IMG/VR virus record: IMGVR_UViG_3300021138_000001
Reading direction: 5' to 3' (one strand)
Length of the DNA: 64,000 nt
DNA from: a virus
Taxonomy: Duplodnaviria > Heunggongvirae > Uroviricota > Caudoviricetes
Part shown: positions 28,147-37,743 of the stretch, piece after piece
How the letters are laid out: each line of letters starts with the position of its first letter
How positions within the stretch are numbered: position 1 is the stretch's first letter
Position numbers and translations under genes: made by a program
Notes under the pieces: model-generated
Seen by the model: the letters and a program-made list of their open reading frames with translations, nothing else
What the model was told of the DNA's origin: nothing
Database searches by the model: none

Positions 28147-28927
28147 AATGATTGATTTTGGTTCTGGCCCAGTTCCAGCACATCGACACTCTAATGGAGG
28201 TGGATGGGTTGCCGACACTGCTCTTGTCACCGCCTCCGCTTATATCTCTGGTAGTGCTTGTGTCTATGGCAATGCTCATGTCTCTGGCGATGCTAGAGTC
28301 TATGGCAATGCTAGAGTCTATGGCAATGCTAGAGTCTATGGCAATGCTAAAATCCATGGCGATGCTAATGTCTCTGACAATGCTTATGTCTCTGGCAATG
28401 CTTGTGTCTATGGCAATGCTCATGTCTATGGCGATGCTCATGTCTATGGCGATGCTTATGTCTCTGGCAATGCTCATGTCTCTGGCAATGCTAATGTCTA
28501 TGGCGATGCTAATGTCTCTGGTAGTGCTCGAGTCTATGGCGATGCTAAAATCCATGAGCATATGTGGGTATCATTCTCACATGTAACCACTGATCTCAGT
28601 ACTGATTTAGTGGCTTCACTGCGTACTCAATGCAATCTCATGTTTATGAGAGATGAAGTCATCTGCTTTAAACGTGTTAAAGCTGATCTAAGCTCTGAAT
28701 ACGATGATAACTTCAAGTACGTGATAGGAGAATGGGCCAAAGTCAAAGATCCGGATATGTCTAATAAGTCATGCGCACCTGGCCTCCACTTCTCTCATGC
28801 TACCTATTATGATGTAACACCTTCTAGCAAGACCCTGATATGCAAAGTTCTAAAAGATGACATCATTACTATTCAACAAGGCAAGATTCGAGCCAAGAAA
28901 GCTTTAGTGCTGGGAGTATGTGAGTAA
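28139..28927 (+). CDS. YGNAxV hexapeptide-repeat protein (paralog family member 1, ~45 tandem repeats, distinct C-terminal domain)
   Basis: Protein repeats VYGNA(H/R/K)V / VSGNAxV; underlying near-perfect 18-bp DNA repeats. Confidence 0.6.
   Translation: MSEMIDFGSGPVPAHRHSNGGGWVADTALVTASAYISGSACVYGNAHVSGDARVYGNARVYGNARVYGNAKIHGDANVSDNAYVSGNACVYGNAHVYGDAHVYGDAYVSGNAHVSGNANVYGDANVSGSARVYGDAKIHEHMWVSFSHVTTDLSTDLVASLRTQCNLMFMRDEVICFKRVKADLSSEYDDNFKYVIGEWAKVKDPDMSNKSCAPGLHFSHATYYDVTPSSKTLICKVLKDDIITIQQGKIRAKKALVLGVCE
28255..28550 (+). repeat. tandem 18-bp (6-codon) coding repeats gtctatggcaatgct(a/c)(a/g)(t/a)
   Basis: Visible near-identical 18-mers in tandem. Confidence 0.7.
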
Positions 28928-29196
28928 TGGCTAAACAATATCGACTAAGAGAAACATTCAATTACAATAACACTGGACCTACATACTGGGTTGTAGAAGA
29001 AAAGACGCTTTTTGACTGGAAGAATGTATATGGTGACGCTTGTTCTTATAGGTATGGTGGCCGCGATTCCTTTCCGTATGATGAAGCCAAACAAAGGCTA
29101 GAAAATTGTGTCAAACAAGCAGCACTAGACGAAGAAGCCAGTACATTTAAGCCTCGTATTCTCACTCCACCCCTACCTGAAAGTGAACCGGAATGA
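28927..29196 (+). CDS. small hypothetical protein ending KPRILTPPLPESEPE
   Basis: ORF; C-terminus shared with 31228..31395. Confidence 0.35.
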   Translation: MAKQYRLRETFNYNNTGPTYWVVEEKTLFDWKNVYGDACSYRYGGRDSFPYDEAKQRLENCVKQAALDEEASTFKPRILTPPLPESEPE

Positions 29197-29375
29197 GTAA
29201 GAAAAATCTTCCAACTAAAGTGTATCGTGATCATGCCATTGAAGAAGTCAAACGTTTGCGGTATTGGTTTGCTGGCTTTAAAGCCGCTGGTGGAAAACTA
29301 CCACAATGTATCGAAACTTTAAACTGTTTGGTTAAAATTCAAACCCTTCTAGAAAAGGTAGAAGTATCAGAATGA
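29193..29375 (+). CDS. small hypothetical protein
   Basis: ORF track. Confidence 0.3.
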   Translation: MSKKNLPTKVYRDHAIEEVKRLRYWFAGFKAAGGKLPQCIETLNCLVKIQTLLEKVEVSE

Positions 29376-29548
29376 ATAACCATTATAAAGCTTTTCTATA
29401 TGCCTGTATAATTTGGATAACTATTGCTGCGCTAATAGGCTTGCTGTATATAGCATCAACACATTTTTGGTTGCTATTAGTGCTTGTAGGTATAGGAATA
29501 TTTTGGCTTACCCATACTATTATTATGGATTATCTAGATCATGGATAG
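29372..29548 (+). CDS. small membrane protein (58 aa, two transmembrane helices)
   Basis: ATGA overlap with upstream stop; hydrophobic. Confidence 0.3.
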   Translation: MNNHYKAFLYACIIWITIAALIGLLYIASTHFWLLLVLVGIGIFWLTHTIIMDYLDHG

Positions 29549-29879
29549 CCTATTTCTTTTAATCTGGTTTCATTTCCTAGCAGACTTTCCTTTTCAAGGA
29601 GAATTTCTAGCAAAGGCCAAGAATCGATATAATCCAATCAAAGGATTCAATCCACTCCTTGCTTTATTTGCACATGCATATATTCATGCTGGTGCAGTAT
29701 ACATTATCACAGGCAGTTCCTTACTGTCTCTAATCGAACTGATTACTCATATGTGGATAGACGATCAGAAGTGTAAGGGAGAAATTGATTCAGAAACCGA
29801 TCAATTATACCATATTGTATTGAAGGTACTTTACTTTTTATATATGATTATTTTCCATACGAAAGGAATTATCTCGTGA
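29541..29879 (+). CDS. membrane protein
   Basis: ORF track; hydrophobic. Confidence 0.3.
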   Translation: MDSLFLLIWFHFLADFPFQGEFLAKAKNRYNPIKGFNPLLALFAHAYIHAGAVYIITGSSLLSLIELITHMWIDDQKCKGEIDSETDQLYHIVLKVLYFLYMIIFHTKGIIS

Positions 29880-30223
29880 ATGTAGGATATTCGCCTCTTG
29901 AAGACATTCAATATGAACTACAATACATGCTTGACCCTACGTTTCGAGTTAATGATAATTTTTCTGATTGGCTCGAATTAGTCCCTTGCGTTGTGTGTAA
30001 GAATGGTCTAACATTCTCTATGCAAGCGTCATCTAGCCATTTTTGTACACCCAAGAGCAATGATGGCCCTTGGACGCATGTTGAGATTGGATATCCATCA
30101 GAACACCTTTATGATTTGGAATTGTATCGGGGTGATAATGAAGAGGGTGTTTTTGGTCGAGTTCCTATTGAACTTGTCACACAAATTGTTTATGCTGCTG
30201 GAGGATTGAAAGACGATGCTTAA
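29876..30223 (+). CDS. hypothetical protein
   Basis: ORF track. Confidence 0.3.
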   Translation: MNVGYSPLEDIQYELQYMLDPTFRVNDNFSDWLELVPCVVCKNGLTFSMQASSSHFCTPKSNDGPWTHVEIGYPSEHLYDLELYRGDNEEGVFGRVPIELVTQIVYAAGGLKDDA

Positions 30224-30422
30224 GAGGAATCCTATTAGTGTTCTTGATGTTTCTGATGAAATCAATAACGTCAAGGTCATTCTTATGGTAAGGAATGGTG
30301 TAAAATTGGTTTATTCGCCAAACTATCTTACGATTATGCGTCGAGATAAAATCGACAGCGTTTTTAAAAATGATAGCGAAATCCAACTTGCCGTAGACCG
30401 ATTTAACGATTTGGTGGGCTGA
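30216..30422 (+). CDS. hypothetical protein
   Basis: ORF track. Confidence 0.3.
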   Translation: MLKRNPISVLDVSDEINNVKVILMVRNGVKLVYSPNYLTIMRRDKIDSVFKNDSEIQLAVDRFNDLVG

Positions 30423-30425
30423 CAT

Positions 30426-30599
30426 ATGATAACTACTGATGTTTGTGGAAATTGTATTTATTTTAAGAAAACTACATCTCAATGTCATGGCCTTCCTCCA
30501 ACGACATTTGTTTTTAAGAATAGGAATGATGATCTAATTTTTGAACAGGCTCGGCCTTATGTGTCGGCTAATGATCTCAAATGTTCACTTTTTAATTGA
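30426..30599 (+). CDS. small Cys-rich protein (57 aa; CxxC...C...C)
   Basis: Manual translation, below ORF-track cutoff. Confidence 0.3.
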   Translation: MITTDVCGNCIYFKKTTSQCHGLPPTTFVFKNRNDDLIFEQARPYVSANDLKCSLFN

Positions 30600-30624
30600 C
30601 ACCGATCTGATTCCTGATATTATT
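30596..30624 (+). promoter_or_regulatory. sigma70-like promoter (-35 TTGACA, 17 nt, -10 ATTATT) with TATATAAT just downstream
   Basis: Exact TTGACA 30596-30601. Confidence 0.4.
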
Positions 30625-30650
30625 GCTATATAATAAATTTGGAGAAACCT

Positions 30651-30872
30651 ATGACACGGCCTATCACAATTACCTCGTCTAGTTCTAAGAACGGCACTCA
30701 GATTACTACACGATTTGTAGATGACGGAAGAGTGTCTGAGCATATCGAAATTTATGGTGATGATACCTTTGCCTATGTGGATACAGGGTTTGAATCTACG
30801 GCTATGTTCCAGATCGAATGCATTCCGGCTATTATTAAGGGTCTAAAGCACCTGCAAAGGAAGACGAAGTGA
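30651..30872 (+). CDS. hypothetical protein (start at ATG after TTGGAGAAACCT; ORF-track TTG start 30639 not used)
   Basis: Ribosome-binding context TTGGAGA. Confidence 0.35.
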   Translation: MTRPITITSSSSKNGTQITTRFVDDGRVSEHIEIYGDDTFAYVDTGFESTAMFQIECIPAIIKGLKHLQRKTK

Positions 30873-31060
30873 GCAATTATTATTCGTATCTGTACGTCGT
30901 TATGTGCGAGGATACTGGTGCTAGTGATATGCACCCTGGTGTCTCGGCTGTATTTGAAAGCCGTGAGAAGGCAGACGCATATGTCGAAAAGTGTATGGAT
31001 GCTCAATATCAACTCAGGTATTATATCGATACATCTTTTCTAAACGTTTTTGAGGATTGA
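30869..31060 (+). CDS. hypothetical protein
   Basis: ORF track. Confidence 0.3.
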   Translation: MSNYYSYLYVVMCEDTGASDMHPGVSAVFESREKADAYVEKCMDAQYQLRYYIDTSFLNVFED

Positions 31061-31227
31061 TATCATGATCATTATGAATATTCTAAACATTTTTTTCATT
31101 ATAATTGGTATTTTTTATCTAAACAAAATGGACCTAAATCCTTGTATAAGGGTAGTTTGGTGGCTATCGGTTGTTCTCAGTGCTATGTCTCTAGGTATGC
31201 GCCTGTTTAATTAGGGTAGTTTGGTAT

Positions 31228-31395
31228 ATGAATAAGGTATGGCTAGTTATTGAGAATTATGTCGCTCGTTATGAAGGCGACTATGACAGCACCGATGTAG
31301 ATAAGATTTTTGCGACGAAAGAAGCAGCAGAAGCTTATCTAGAAGGTAAGCCTCGTATCCTGACTCCTCCTCTACCGGATAAGGAACCGGAATAA
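31228..31395 (+). CDS. small hypothetical protein ending KPRILTPPLPDKEPE (paralog of 28927..29196 C-terminus)
   Basis: Manual translation; shared C-terminal 15-mer. Confidence 0.3.
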   Translation: MNKVWLVIENYVARYEGDYDSTDVDKIFATKEAAEAYLEGKPRILTPPLPDKEPE

Positions 31396-31525
31396 TCTCA
31401 TGATTAAAGACCTCTCCTTTAAAGCAATATGTCTAATAGTGGCTTTCTGGTTAGTGGTCATTACTCTAAGTTATGCTGTTAAATGGTTGATGTAATATAT
31501 TCTTTAAAACAGGAAAAAGTAAAAC

Positions 31526-31846
31526 ATGACATATTCTCTTTATAGGGTTTCTGATGGTATGGGGGACTCCGGTCCTATGTCAATGGCTCTTTGGCCATCC
31601 GACAACACAGAGGCTGAGAACTATCACATTTCGGGTGTAGAGTACGAGCATAGTGCTCGTCCTAGAGTGGGTGTAGCCATGAGAGTCGGAAGTATCGGCG
31701 TCAGGACTTTTCTGCAGGACTGGTGGCAGACGACTTTGATTACCGAGATTACTGATGAGTGGAAAGATACCACAGCTAATGGCGACGAAGTCGAATGCGT
31801 TCGATTTAAGACCGGTAACTCAACATATATCTGGAAGAAGTTTTAA
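31526..31846 (+). CDS. hypothetical protein
   Basis: ORF track. Confidence 0.3.
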   Translation: MTYSLYRVSDGMGDSGPMSMALWPSDNTEAENYHISGVEYEHSARPRVGVAMRVGSIGVRTFLQDWWQTTLITEITDEWKDTTANGDEVECVRFKTGNSTYIWKKF

Positions 31847-31904
31847 CTTATAATAATCTTAGATAAATTATTAGTATATTCCTCAATACAGTCGGAGACA
31901 AAAA

Positions 31905-32192
31905 ATGTTTAAGCGAATTATGTTGGGAACTGCTGTTCTCTGTACCATAGGTCTTACTATGGCATTTAGCCAACCTAAGACCAGTAATATCATGCATAAT
32001 ACCTATCACCCACAAGTCGAACGTGAGATCGAGAGTATGCAGCTTGCCTATAGCGGTGTATCTACCAAGGAAGATAAAGCTATGATCCGCACTCTGGCAT
32101 GGAACCTAGTTCGAGATGATGATATCTCGTCTCTTCCTCCTAACCTACAGAATTTCTATAAGACACTAGAAAAGGACGCAGTAAAGCAATGA
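31905..32192 (+). CDS. hypothetical secreted/periplasmic protein
   Basis: N-terminal signal-like MFKRIMLGTAVLCTIGLTMAFS. Confidence 0.3.
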   Translation: MFKRIMLGTAVLCTIGLTMAFSQPKTSNIMHNTYHPQVEREIESMQLAYSGVSTKEDKAMIRTLAWNLVRDDDISSLPPNLQNFYKTLEKDAVKQ

Positions 32193-32395
32193 GTTATTCA
32201 GTTGAACTAACTTATGAAATGGTTGACACGATTATCTTAAAAGAACTTAAGTTGTGTCGGCAGAATTTTGTTGATGATTTGGCTAGGGGTAATGCTCGTG
32301 TCTTCTCTATTGATCCCGAAGAAGATGCTGTAGAAATTCAAAGGATGGTCGATGCTCTTAATCTTATCATTTCTTGGTATAGTGTACCCGAATGA
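32189..32395 (+). CDS. hypothetical protein
   Basis: ORF track. Confidence 0.3.
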   Translation: MSYSVELTYEMVDTIILKELKLCRQNFVDDLARGNARVFSIDPEEDAVEIQRMVDALNLIISWYSVPE

Positions 32396-32539
32396 GCCTA
32401 AATGATGAACCTTTAGATGGTCGTGCAGAATTAGTTCTTGAAATGAGTCGTGAAGAAATCTATAATCTCATGATGATGGCTCATAGGCAAGATATTACTC
32501 TTAACAAGCTTATTGAAAAGCTGATAATCGATTATATAC

Positions 32540-32779
32540 ATGAATGGAGATATGACTGATATGAAGACATATTCTTATAATGAACCAGAATATGATGATG
32601 TCGGCAATATTGTAGGTAATCTGGTATATACTTTAACTGAAGAAGAGATTATCGATTCATATTATGTTCATTGGTCTAGAGAAATGTGCCATCAACGCAA
32701 GGATCATCTAGTTACTAAAGACAATTGTATTGATGATTGGGTTGCGGTTAATTGGGCTTGGGAAGTTAATAATGACTGA
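32540..32779 (+). CDS. hypothetical protein
   Basis: ORF track. Confidence 0.3.
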   Translation: MNGDMTDMKTYSYNEPEYDDVGNIVGNLVYTLTEEEIIDSYYVHWSREMCHQRKDHLVTKDNCIDDWVAVNWAWEVNND

Positions 32780-33113
32780 AGAACCCAAAAAGACGATTGA
32801 TTGGGATGAACTACAAAAACTTTCTGAACACATGAGAGAAAGTACTAATCAATACGAAAAGGACTGTGATACCTATTGGAAGAACCTTTCTTATGATGAT
32901 CAACTAAAGGCTTTCTATTCTGTAGTTAAACGTATACATAAAGGCGAACTTGAAGATCGTGGCTCTTATCGTTGGATTCTTTATGATGTATTTGGATTTG
33001 GTCCAGATTCTTATGTTATAGGTATGGATTGTGGATTTCTAGAGTTGCATAATTCTATCTATGATGAAAAAGACTTAGAAGAATATTCTAAGCGAAAAGT
33101 TATTTACAAATGA
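32772..33113 (+). CDS. hypothetical protein (start trimmed to ATG overlapping upstream stop)
   Basis: ORF track 32730..33113. Confidence 0.3.
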   Translation: MTEEPKKTIDWDELQKLSEHMRESTNQYEKDCDTYWKNLSYDDQLKAFYSVVKRIHKGELEDRGSYRWILYDVFGFGPDSYVIGMDCGFLELHNSIYDEKDLEEYSKRKVIYK

Positions 33114-33261
33114 AAGATCAATATGATCCTAATTCATGGGAAAACAGGTTCTTAATAGCTTGTACTATTTGGGGTATGGGCACTTTACCTATGGCCATTG
33201 TTTGGGTTATCATGTATATTATCTTTTGGATCGTACAACATGTTAGAATTGGAATTATATA

Positions 33262-33681
33262 ATGACTATTTTTGAAACTATCAAAGCTGATGTCCTTCAG
33301 GCTCGTAAGGATCGTGACCAAACTAAGGTGAACGTACTTAATACGCTTATTGCAGAACTATGCCGAGAAACTAAGGAACCGAATGACGACCAAGTTGTAA
33401 AGGTTGTTAGGAAGTTTCTTAAGAATCTTGATATCAGTATGTACGCTGTTGCTAAGGCAATTCATCTTACTCGTGAAAGTGATCTGAATACCCTTTCTCG
33501 TGAATATAAGATTGTGTCGGTATACAATAAGGAAGATGAAGCGGTTGATTTTCACTCCGTCGTTGATCAATTAATTGACGATAACCCTGGCAAGTCTATG
33601 GGTTGGTATCTTGGTCAAACCCTAAAGGCAGTAGGTGGAAATCCAATTGCTATTAAGACATATCTAGAAAGCAAAATTTAA
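33262..33681 (+). CDS. GatB/YqeY-domain-like protein
   Basis: N-terminal pattern resembling YqeY family; weak. Confidence 0.3.
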   Translation: MTIFETIKADVLQARKDRDQTKVNVLNTLIAELCRETKEPNDDQVVKVVRKFLKNLDISMYAVAKAIHLTRESDLNTLSREYKIVSVYNKEDEAVDFHSVVDQLIDDNPGKSMGWYLGQTLKAVGGNPIAIKTYLESKI

Positions 33682-33947
33682 TGAATAAGATTTTAGTACT
33701 AGCTATGGTTCTAACACTTACAGCCTGTCATAAGGTAGAACCACCAAAACAATATGATACCCTAGATAAGGTAAAAGATCGAATTGAAAACGGCGAAGCT
33801 GCAGTTGTGAGGGTGTGTCTTGAAGAAACCTATATCGTTAAGCTAGACGATAAGTATTATGTTCAGCATATTCATAGCGAACATAATATAGTAGGTGTAC
33901 TAGAAGACGGTGTGCCTGTAGATAGCGTTTGTCAGGAAAAGAAGTAA
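33681..33947 (+). CDS. small lipoprotein
   Basis: Signal peptide with lipobox LTAC. Confidence 0.45.
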   Translation: MNKILVLAMVLTLTACHKVEPPKQYDTLDKVKDRIENGEAAVVRVCLEETYIVKLDDKYYVQHIHSEHNIVGVLEDGVPVDSVCQEKK

Positions 33948-34744
33948 TGAAGATTAAACTAGCAAGTGACATACATTTGGAATTTTCTCCACATACAACT
34001 ATTCGGCAAAATGAAACTCCGGTTGATGTATTAGTTCTTGCTGGTGATATTTGTGTTGGTGACTATTTCACACGTCCTGTCGAGAGTCCTTATTATCAAG
34101 TAGCACACAATTTTGATCGGTTCTTTGCTATTGTTTCTGATGAGTTTGAGAATGTAATCTATGTTCCCGGCAACCATGAATATTATCGTGGTTATATTGA
34201 TAGAACGCTAGATGATATCCGCGAAGCTCTGTCCAAGTACAAGAACATTCATATTCTAAATGATCAGTTTGTTGATATTGGTGATACTCGATTTATTGGT
34301 TCTACTTTGTGGACTGATATGCATAGGGGTGATCCTCTTACTATGGAAACTCTTCGACATGGTATGAACGACTTTAAGTTGATTGAGAATAAGGCTACTC
34401 ATCGGAAGTTTCTACCCAAGGATGCTTTAGCGGTTCATATTCAATCAAGAAAGTTTATCTTTGATACTGCTAAGACTCACGATAAGTGTGTGGTAGTTTC
34501 TCATCATGCTCCTTCTGAAATGTCTGTCCATCCTCGGTATCGTCATGATTATCATATGAATGGTGGTTATTATTCTAATATAGAAGACGAGATCATCGAT
34601 CATCCTTCTATTAAAGCCTGGATGCATGGACATATGCACGACTCATTTGTTTATATGTTAGGGTCTACTTCGGTCTATTGTAATCCAAAAGGCTACAATG
34701 ACCAGAATCCACATTATAATAGGAACTTTGTTTATGAGTTATAA
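33947..34744 (+). CDS. calcineurin-like metallophosphoesterase
   Basis: Motifs DIHLE, GDICVGD, GNHEY, HHAP, GHMH. Confidence 0.65.
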   Translation: MKIKLASDIHLEFSPHTTIRQNETPVDVLVLAGDICVGDYFTRPVESPYYQVAHNFDRFFAIVSDEFENVIYVPGNHEYYRGYIDRTLDDIREALSKYKNIHILNDQFVDIGDTRFIGSTLWTDMHRGDPLTMETLRHGMNDFKLIENKATHRKFLPKDALAVHIQSRKFIFDTAKTHDKCVVVSHHAPSEMSVHPRYRHDYHMNGGYYSNIEDEIIDHPSIKAWMHGHMHDSFVYMLGSTSVYCNPKGYNDQNPHYNRNFVYEL

Positions 34745-35006
34745 GGATTTATCTGCTCGTCTTAGAGTACAAGCAGAGAACGTAGAAGAGGACGGGTGGT
34801 TCAATGCTGCTCGTCTAATGCGGGGTGCTGCTGATGAACTTGAAGAACTTAAAGCCAGAAATGCCGAGTTAACAAAACATCTTCTAATTACTACAGAAGA
34901 GTCTTGGCCTTATATTCATCAATGGTGTTCTATTGACCGAGTAAAAAAGAATTGGCTTGATGCCAGAGAATTTTTGCGTGGCAATGATCCAAAGGTTAAC
35001 TATTAA
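34734..35006 (+). CDS. hypothetical protein
   Basis: ORF 34698..35006 trimmed to ATG overlapping upstream stop. Confidence 0.3.
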   Translation: MSYKDLSARLRVQAENVEEDGWFNAARLMRGAADELEELKARNAELTKHLLITTEESWPYIHQWCSIDRVKKNWLDAREFLRGNDPKVNY

Positions 35007-35008
35007 TC

Positions 35009-35755
35009 ATGAATAATGCAGTATTCTATCACTACTTTATTCCTGATGGGTCTATTGTTATGTGGTCATATTGGCTAGATGAACAGGCTCGTCTTATGAT
35101 AGAGAGTGGACTTAAGGATAATGCCAAGGTCTATATGTGTATTACTATGCCAACTCATTATGGTAGTATGCACAATATGGAATTTCATGCAGACAGGAGT
35201 TCTAATAAATTCAACTTTGCTCAAAAAGTAGTAGAGTATATCAATAACAGATATCCTTGGATTATCATTCTTAGTGTGCGGTCTACTCAAGAATTTAATC
35301 TATTTGAGGGACCAACCCTAGAAAAAATGTGGGAATATTCAAAAGTTCACAATGGTTCTGTTCTTTACATTCACAGCAAAGGTTCTCATAGTATTAATCT
35401 TGGCGGTCTTGCTGTAAAAAATTGGTTCGAAGTCCTCAATCACTTTCTAATCACTGAATGGAGAGAATGTCTAAAAGACCTAGAAAAGTTTGACCTTGTT
35501 GGTGTTCAGGATGCTAACCCGGTCAAAATTAAATACTTAAATGATATGAAAACTAACAATTTAGTCTCTGGTAATTTTTACTGGACAACCACCGAATACT
35601 TGGTTAATCTACCAAAACCTAAATTGTTAGAAAGTCGATATGATTTTGAACGATGGGTGTTGACAAACGATCCTGTGGTGGGTTATAGAGTCGATACTAA
35701 AACAAACCACTACCGAGACTATTGTTTCGTGGAAAATCTTTTGGAGATAAAATGA
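35009..35755 (+). CDS. hypothetical protein
   Basis: ORF track. Confidence 0.35.
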   Translation: MNNAVFYHYFIPDGSIVMWSYWLDEQARLMIESGLKDNAKVYMCITMPTHYGSMHNMEFHADRSSNKFNFAQKVVEYINNRYPWIIILSVRSTQEFNLFEGPTLEKMWEYSKVHNGSVLYIHSKGSHSINLGGLAVKNWFEVLNHFLITEWRECLKDLEKFDLVGVQDANPVKIKYLNDMKTNNLVSGNFYWTTTEYLVNLPKPKLLESRYDFERWVLTNDPVVGYRVDTKTNHYRDYCFVENLLEIK

Positions 35756-36330
35756 TTACCGTTCCATTTAAACGAGTTGCCGACCGTCTGATTCTTGATA
35801 CCGACGTTATGAGTATCATTCGTAAGCGTGATGTCTATCTGGCTGGGGGTGCTCTTCGGGGTATCTTCGGTAAGGACGAAACCATTATGGATTATGATGT
35901 TTTCTTTCCTAATGGATTGGTTTCTCATGAAGTTGGTCTTGACCTTGAAGACATTGGATTTGAAGTCATTTTCAAGTGTCCTGAAGGCAAGCTTACTTCC
36001 TATAAGCGCGGTGATCTTAAGGTTCAGCTTATCACCGAAAATTTCTATCCTTCTCCCGAAAATCTGATCGACACCTTTGATATTAATGCCTGCCGCATTG
36101 CATTTTGGGCTGATATGATCTACACTGACCGAAACGCTATTCGAGATATGCGTAGGAAGCGAATTACCCTGCATAAGGTGGATTTTCCTATGGCTACCTT
36201 TAAGCGTATCGTAAAATACACAAAGAAGAATTATGTGCTTGACAATCGAGCCGTACAATTCTATGTTAGCGATATTGTTGATAAGACCCTAAAGGGTATT
36301 CCGGTGGATGGGAGATTTTACATTGACTGA
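35752..36330 (+). CDS. Pol-beta-superfamily nucleotidyltransferase resembling CCA-adding enzyme/poly(A) polymerase head domain
   Basis: VYLAGGALRGIFG...DYDVFF matches GGxxRD..D.D head-domain motif; ribosome-binding context TTGGAGATAAAATG. Confidence 0.45.
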   Translation: MITVPFKRVADRLILDTDVMSIIRKRDVYLAGGALRGIFGKDETIMDYDVFFPNGLVSHEVGLDLEDIGFEVIFKCPEGKLTSYKRGDLKVQLITENFYPSPENLIDTFDINACRIAFWADMIYTDRNAIRDMRRKRITLHKVDFPMATFKRIVKYTKKNYVLDNRAVQFYVSDIVDKTLKGIPVDGRFYID

Positions 36331-36505
36331 CATTGGTCCTGGTGATCTAGTGGAATGTATTGATGCTGATGGATATGTCCCTTATATCGCGGCTATCGGG
36401 GGTGGCGATTATATCGTAATTGATATTGACAACGAAACCGGTAAGGTGGTAGGGTGGGTTCCTCTCACGGAAGATGAACTCCGTGAAGCTGCAAAGGAAA
36501 TGTAA
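36308..36505 (+). CDS. hypothetical protein
   Basis: ORF track. Confidence 0.3.
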   Translation: MGDFTLTDIGPGDLVECIDADGYVPYIAAIGGGDYIVIDIDNETGKVVGWVPLTEDELREAAKEM

Positions 36506-36696
36506 TGAAGGTATCTGAACTGATTGAAGCTCTATCTAAGCTTCCTCCTGATATGGACGTTGTGGTGATTGATGATCTAACTGATGGGACGTATAATAAG
36601 ATCGATGATATCATATACCATACTGTAGAAGAATTAGCTAATTACATGCATCTTTCTGCCGTATATCCCAATGGCGTCGTTTACTTGGATTCATAA
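36505..36696 (+). CDS. hypothetical protein
   Basis: ORF track. Confidence 0.3.
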   Translation: MKVSELIEALSKLPPDMDVVVIDDLTDGTYNKIDDIIYHTVEELANYMHLSAVYPNGVVYLDS

Positions 36697-36952
36697 TATG
36701 GAACATTATATTCTCGAACTAACTAAAGAAGAAGTTGCTACTCTATATGTCGTACTGCGTAATATTTCTGGTAGTCCCACAGAGTCTCCTAGAAAGTATG
36801 TTGATGATATCTATGATGCAGTATGTACTTTGATGGATATGTCAAAAGATGATGGGCGTGGAATCGATTGCTCAGACATCTGTGATGGTGATATACATTT
36901 TAAGAAATTTTATGATGGAAATTTTCATGATGCCGTAAAGGCTGTTAAATAA
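36671..36952 (+). CDS. hypothetical protein
   Basis: ORF track. Confidence 0.3.
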   Translation: MASFTWIHNMEHYILELTKEEVATLYVVLRNISGSPTESPRKYVDDIYDAVCTLMDMSKDDGRGIDCSDICDGDIHFKKFYDGNFHDAVKAVK

Positions 36953-37098
36953 TTGTTATTTGTGGTAAGGAAAGTTCTGTCGTGATGCTCTGGCCAGAGT
37001 CTCGATGGAAAACGGATTGATCTACCGTTAAAAGGAGGATGGGCAAGAGCCGGGCAAGAGCCGGCTCCAGATACCCCACCTGCCACAAGCTTTTTTTG

Positions 37099-37126
37099 TT
37101 GACACCATTTTTTGATCGTATATGAT
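37099..37126 (+). promoter_or_regulatory. sigma70-like promoter (-35 TTGACA, 16 nt, -10 TATGAT) preceded by T-run
   Basis: Exact TTGACA 37099-37104; TATGAT 37121-37126. Confidence 0.55.
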
Positions 37127-37339
37127 GATTTTACGCATTATGGAGAACGAAATGACCACCAATTACGTCCTAACCACGGCTGAAGGCCTTCGCCAATTCT
37201 ATGCCGAGTTTGCCAGCCTTTTGGCCGACATCGACTACCTTGGTCTGACCGAGTACGAGATCGAGGTCGAAACCGCAGATTGACATTAATTCGAGGCCTG
37301 ATAAAATGGTCTTACAAAATCGGAAACAAGGAAACGAAC

Positions 37340-37525
37340 ATGGCTTTTATCGAAAACCCTATGAATGTCTATGGCAATGCTTATGTCTCTGGCCATGCTA
37401 ATGTCTCTGACAATGCTAATGTCTTTGGCGATGCTGTAGTCTCTGGCAATGCTGTAGTCTTTGCTCGCGGTACAGTCTTTGATGCTCCCCAACTATTCTC
37501 TTTTGATGATTCAGGAGTAATGTGA
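37340..37525 (+). CDS. YGNAxV hexapeptide-repeat protein, short paralog (starts MAFIEN)
   Basis: MAFIENPMNVYGNAYVSGHANVSDNANVFGDAVVSGNAVV; N-terminus matches MAYIEN of 43321 and 44001. Confidence 0.5.
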   Translation: MAFIENPMNVYGNAYVSGHANVSDNANVFGDAVVSGNAVVFARGTVFDAPQLFSFDDSGVM

Positions 37526-37743
37526 TGTCTACAAACATTAACGATCATACTTCATACTCATATGTTGTATATGTTAGTGACTATAATAATGGTGATTGTA
37601 CTCTAAATTCAGTCATGTTTCATGAACATCAAGCTAAGGCTTATTGTGAATATATGAATACTAAAGCTGAAAAAAATATCAAATACTCATATGAACGCGC
37701 CATCAATCGTGTATGGCCTATTGAAGGATTTTATGGTGAATAA
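37522..37743 (+). CDS. hypothetical protein
   Basis: ORF track. Confidence 0.3.
   Translation: MMSTNINDHTSYSYVVYVSDYNNGDCTLNSVMFHEHQAKAYCEYMNTKAEKNIKYSYERAINRVWPIEGFYGE

Noticed and set aside
28255-28550. CRISPR array
   Set aside because: The repeats are contiguous 18-mers with no spacers. They are in-frame codon repeats of a protein.
28133-28586. ORFs 28133..28561 (-) and 28152..28586 (+, MAMLMS repeats) overlapping the hexapeptide-repeat gene
   Set aside because: These are alternative-frame translations of the 18-bp tandem repeats. The YGNAxV frame is the one with an RBS and start, continuity into a non-repetitive C-terminal domain, and paralogs elsewhere.
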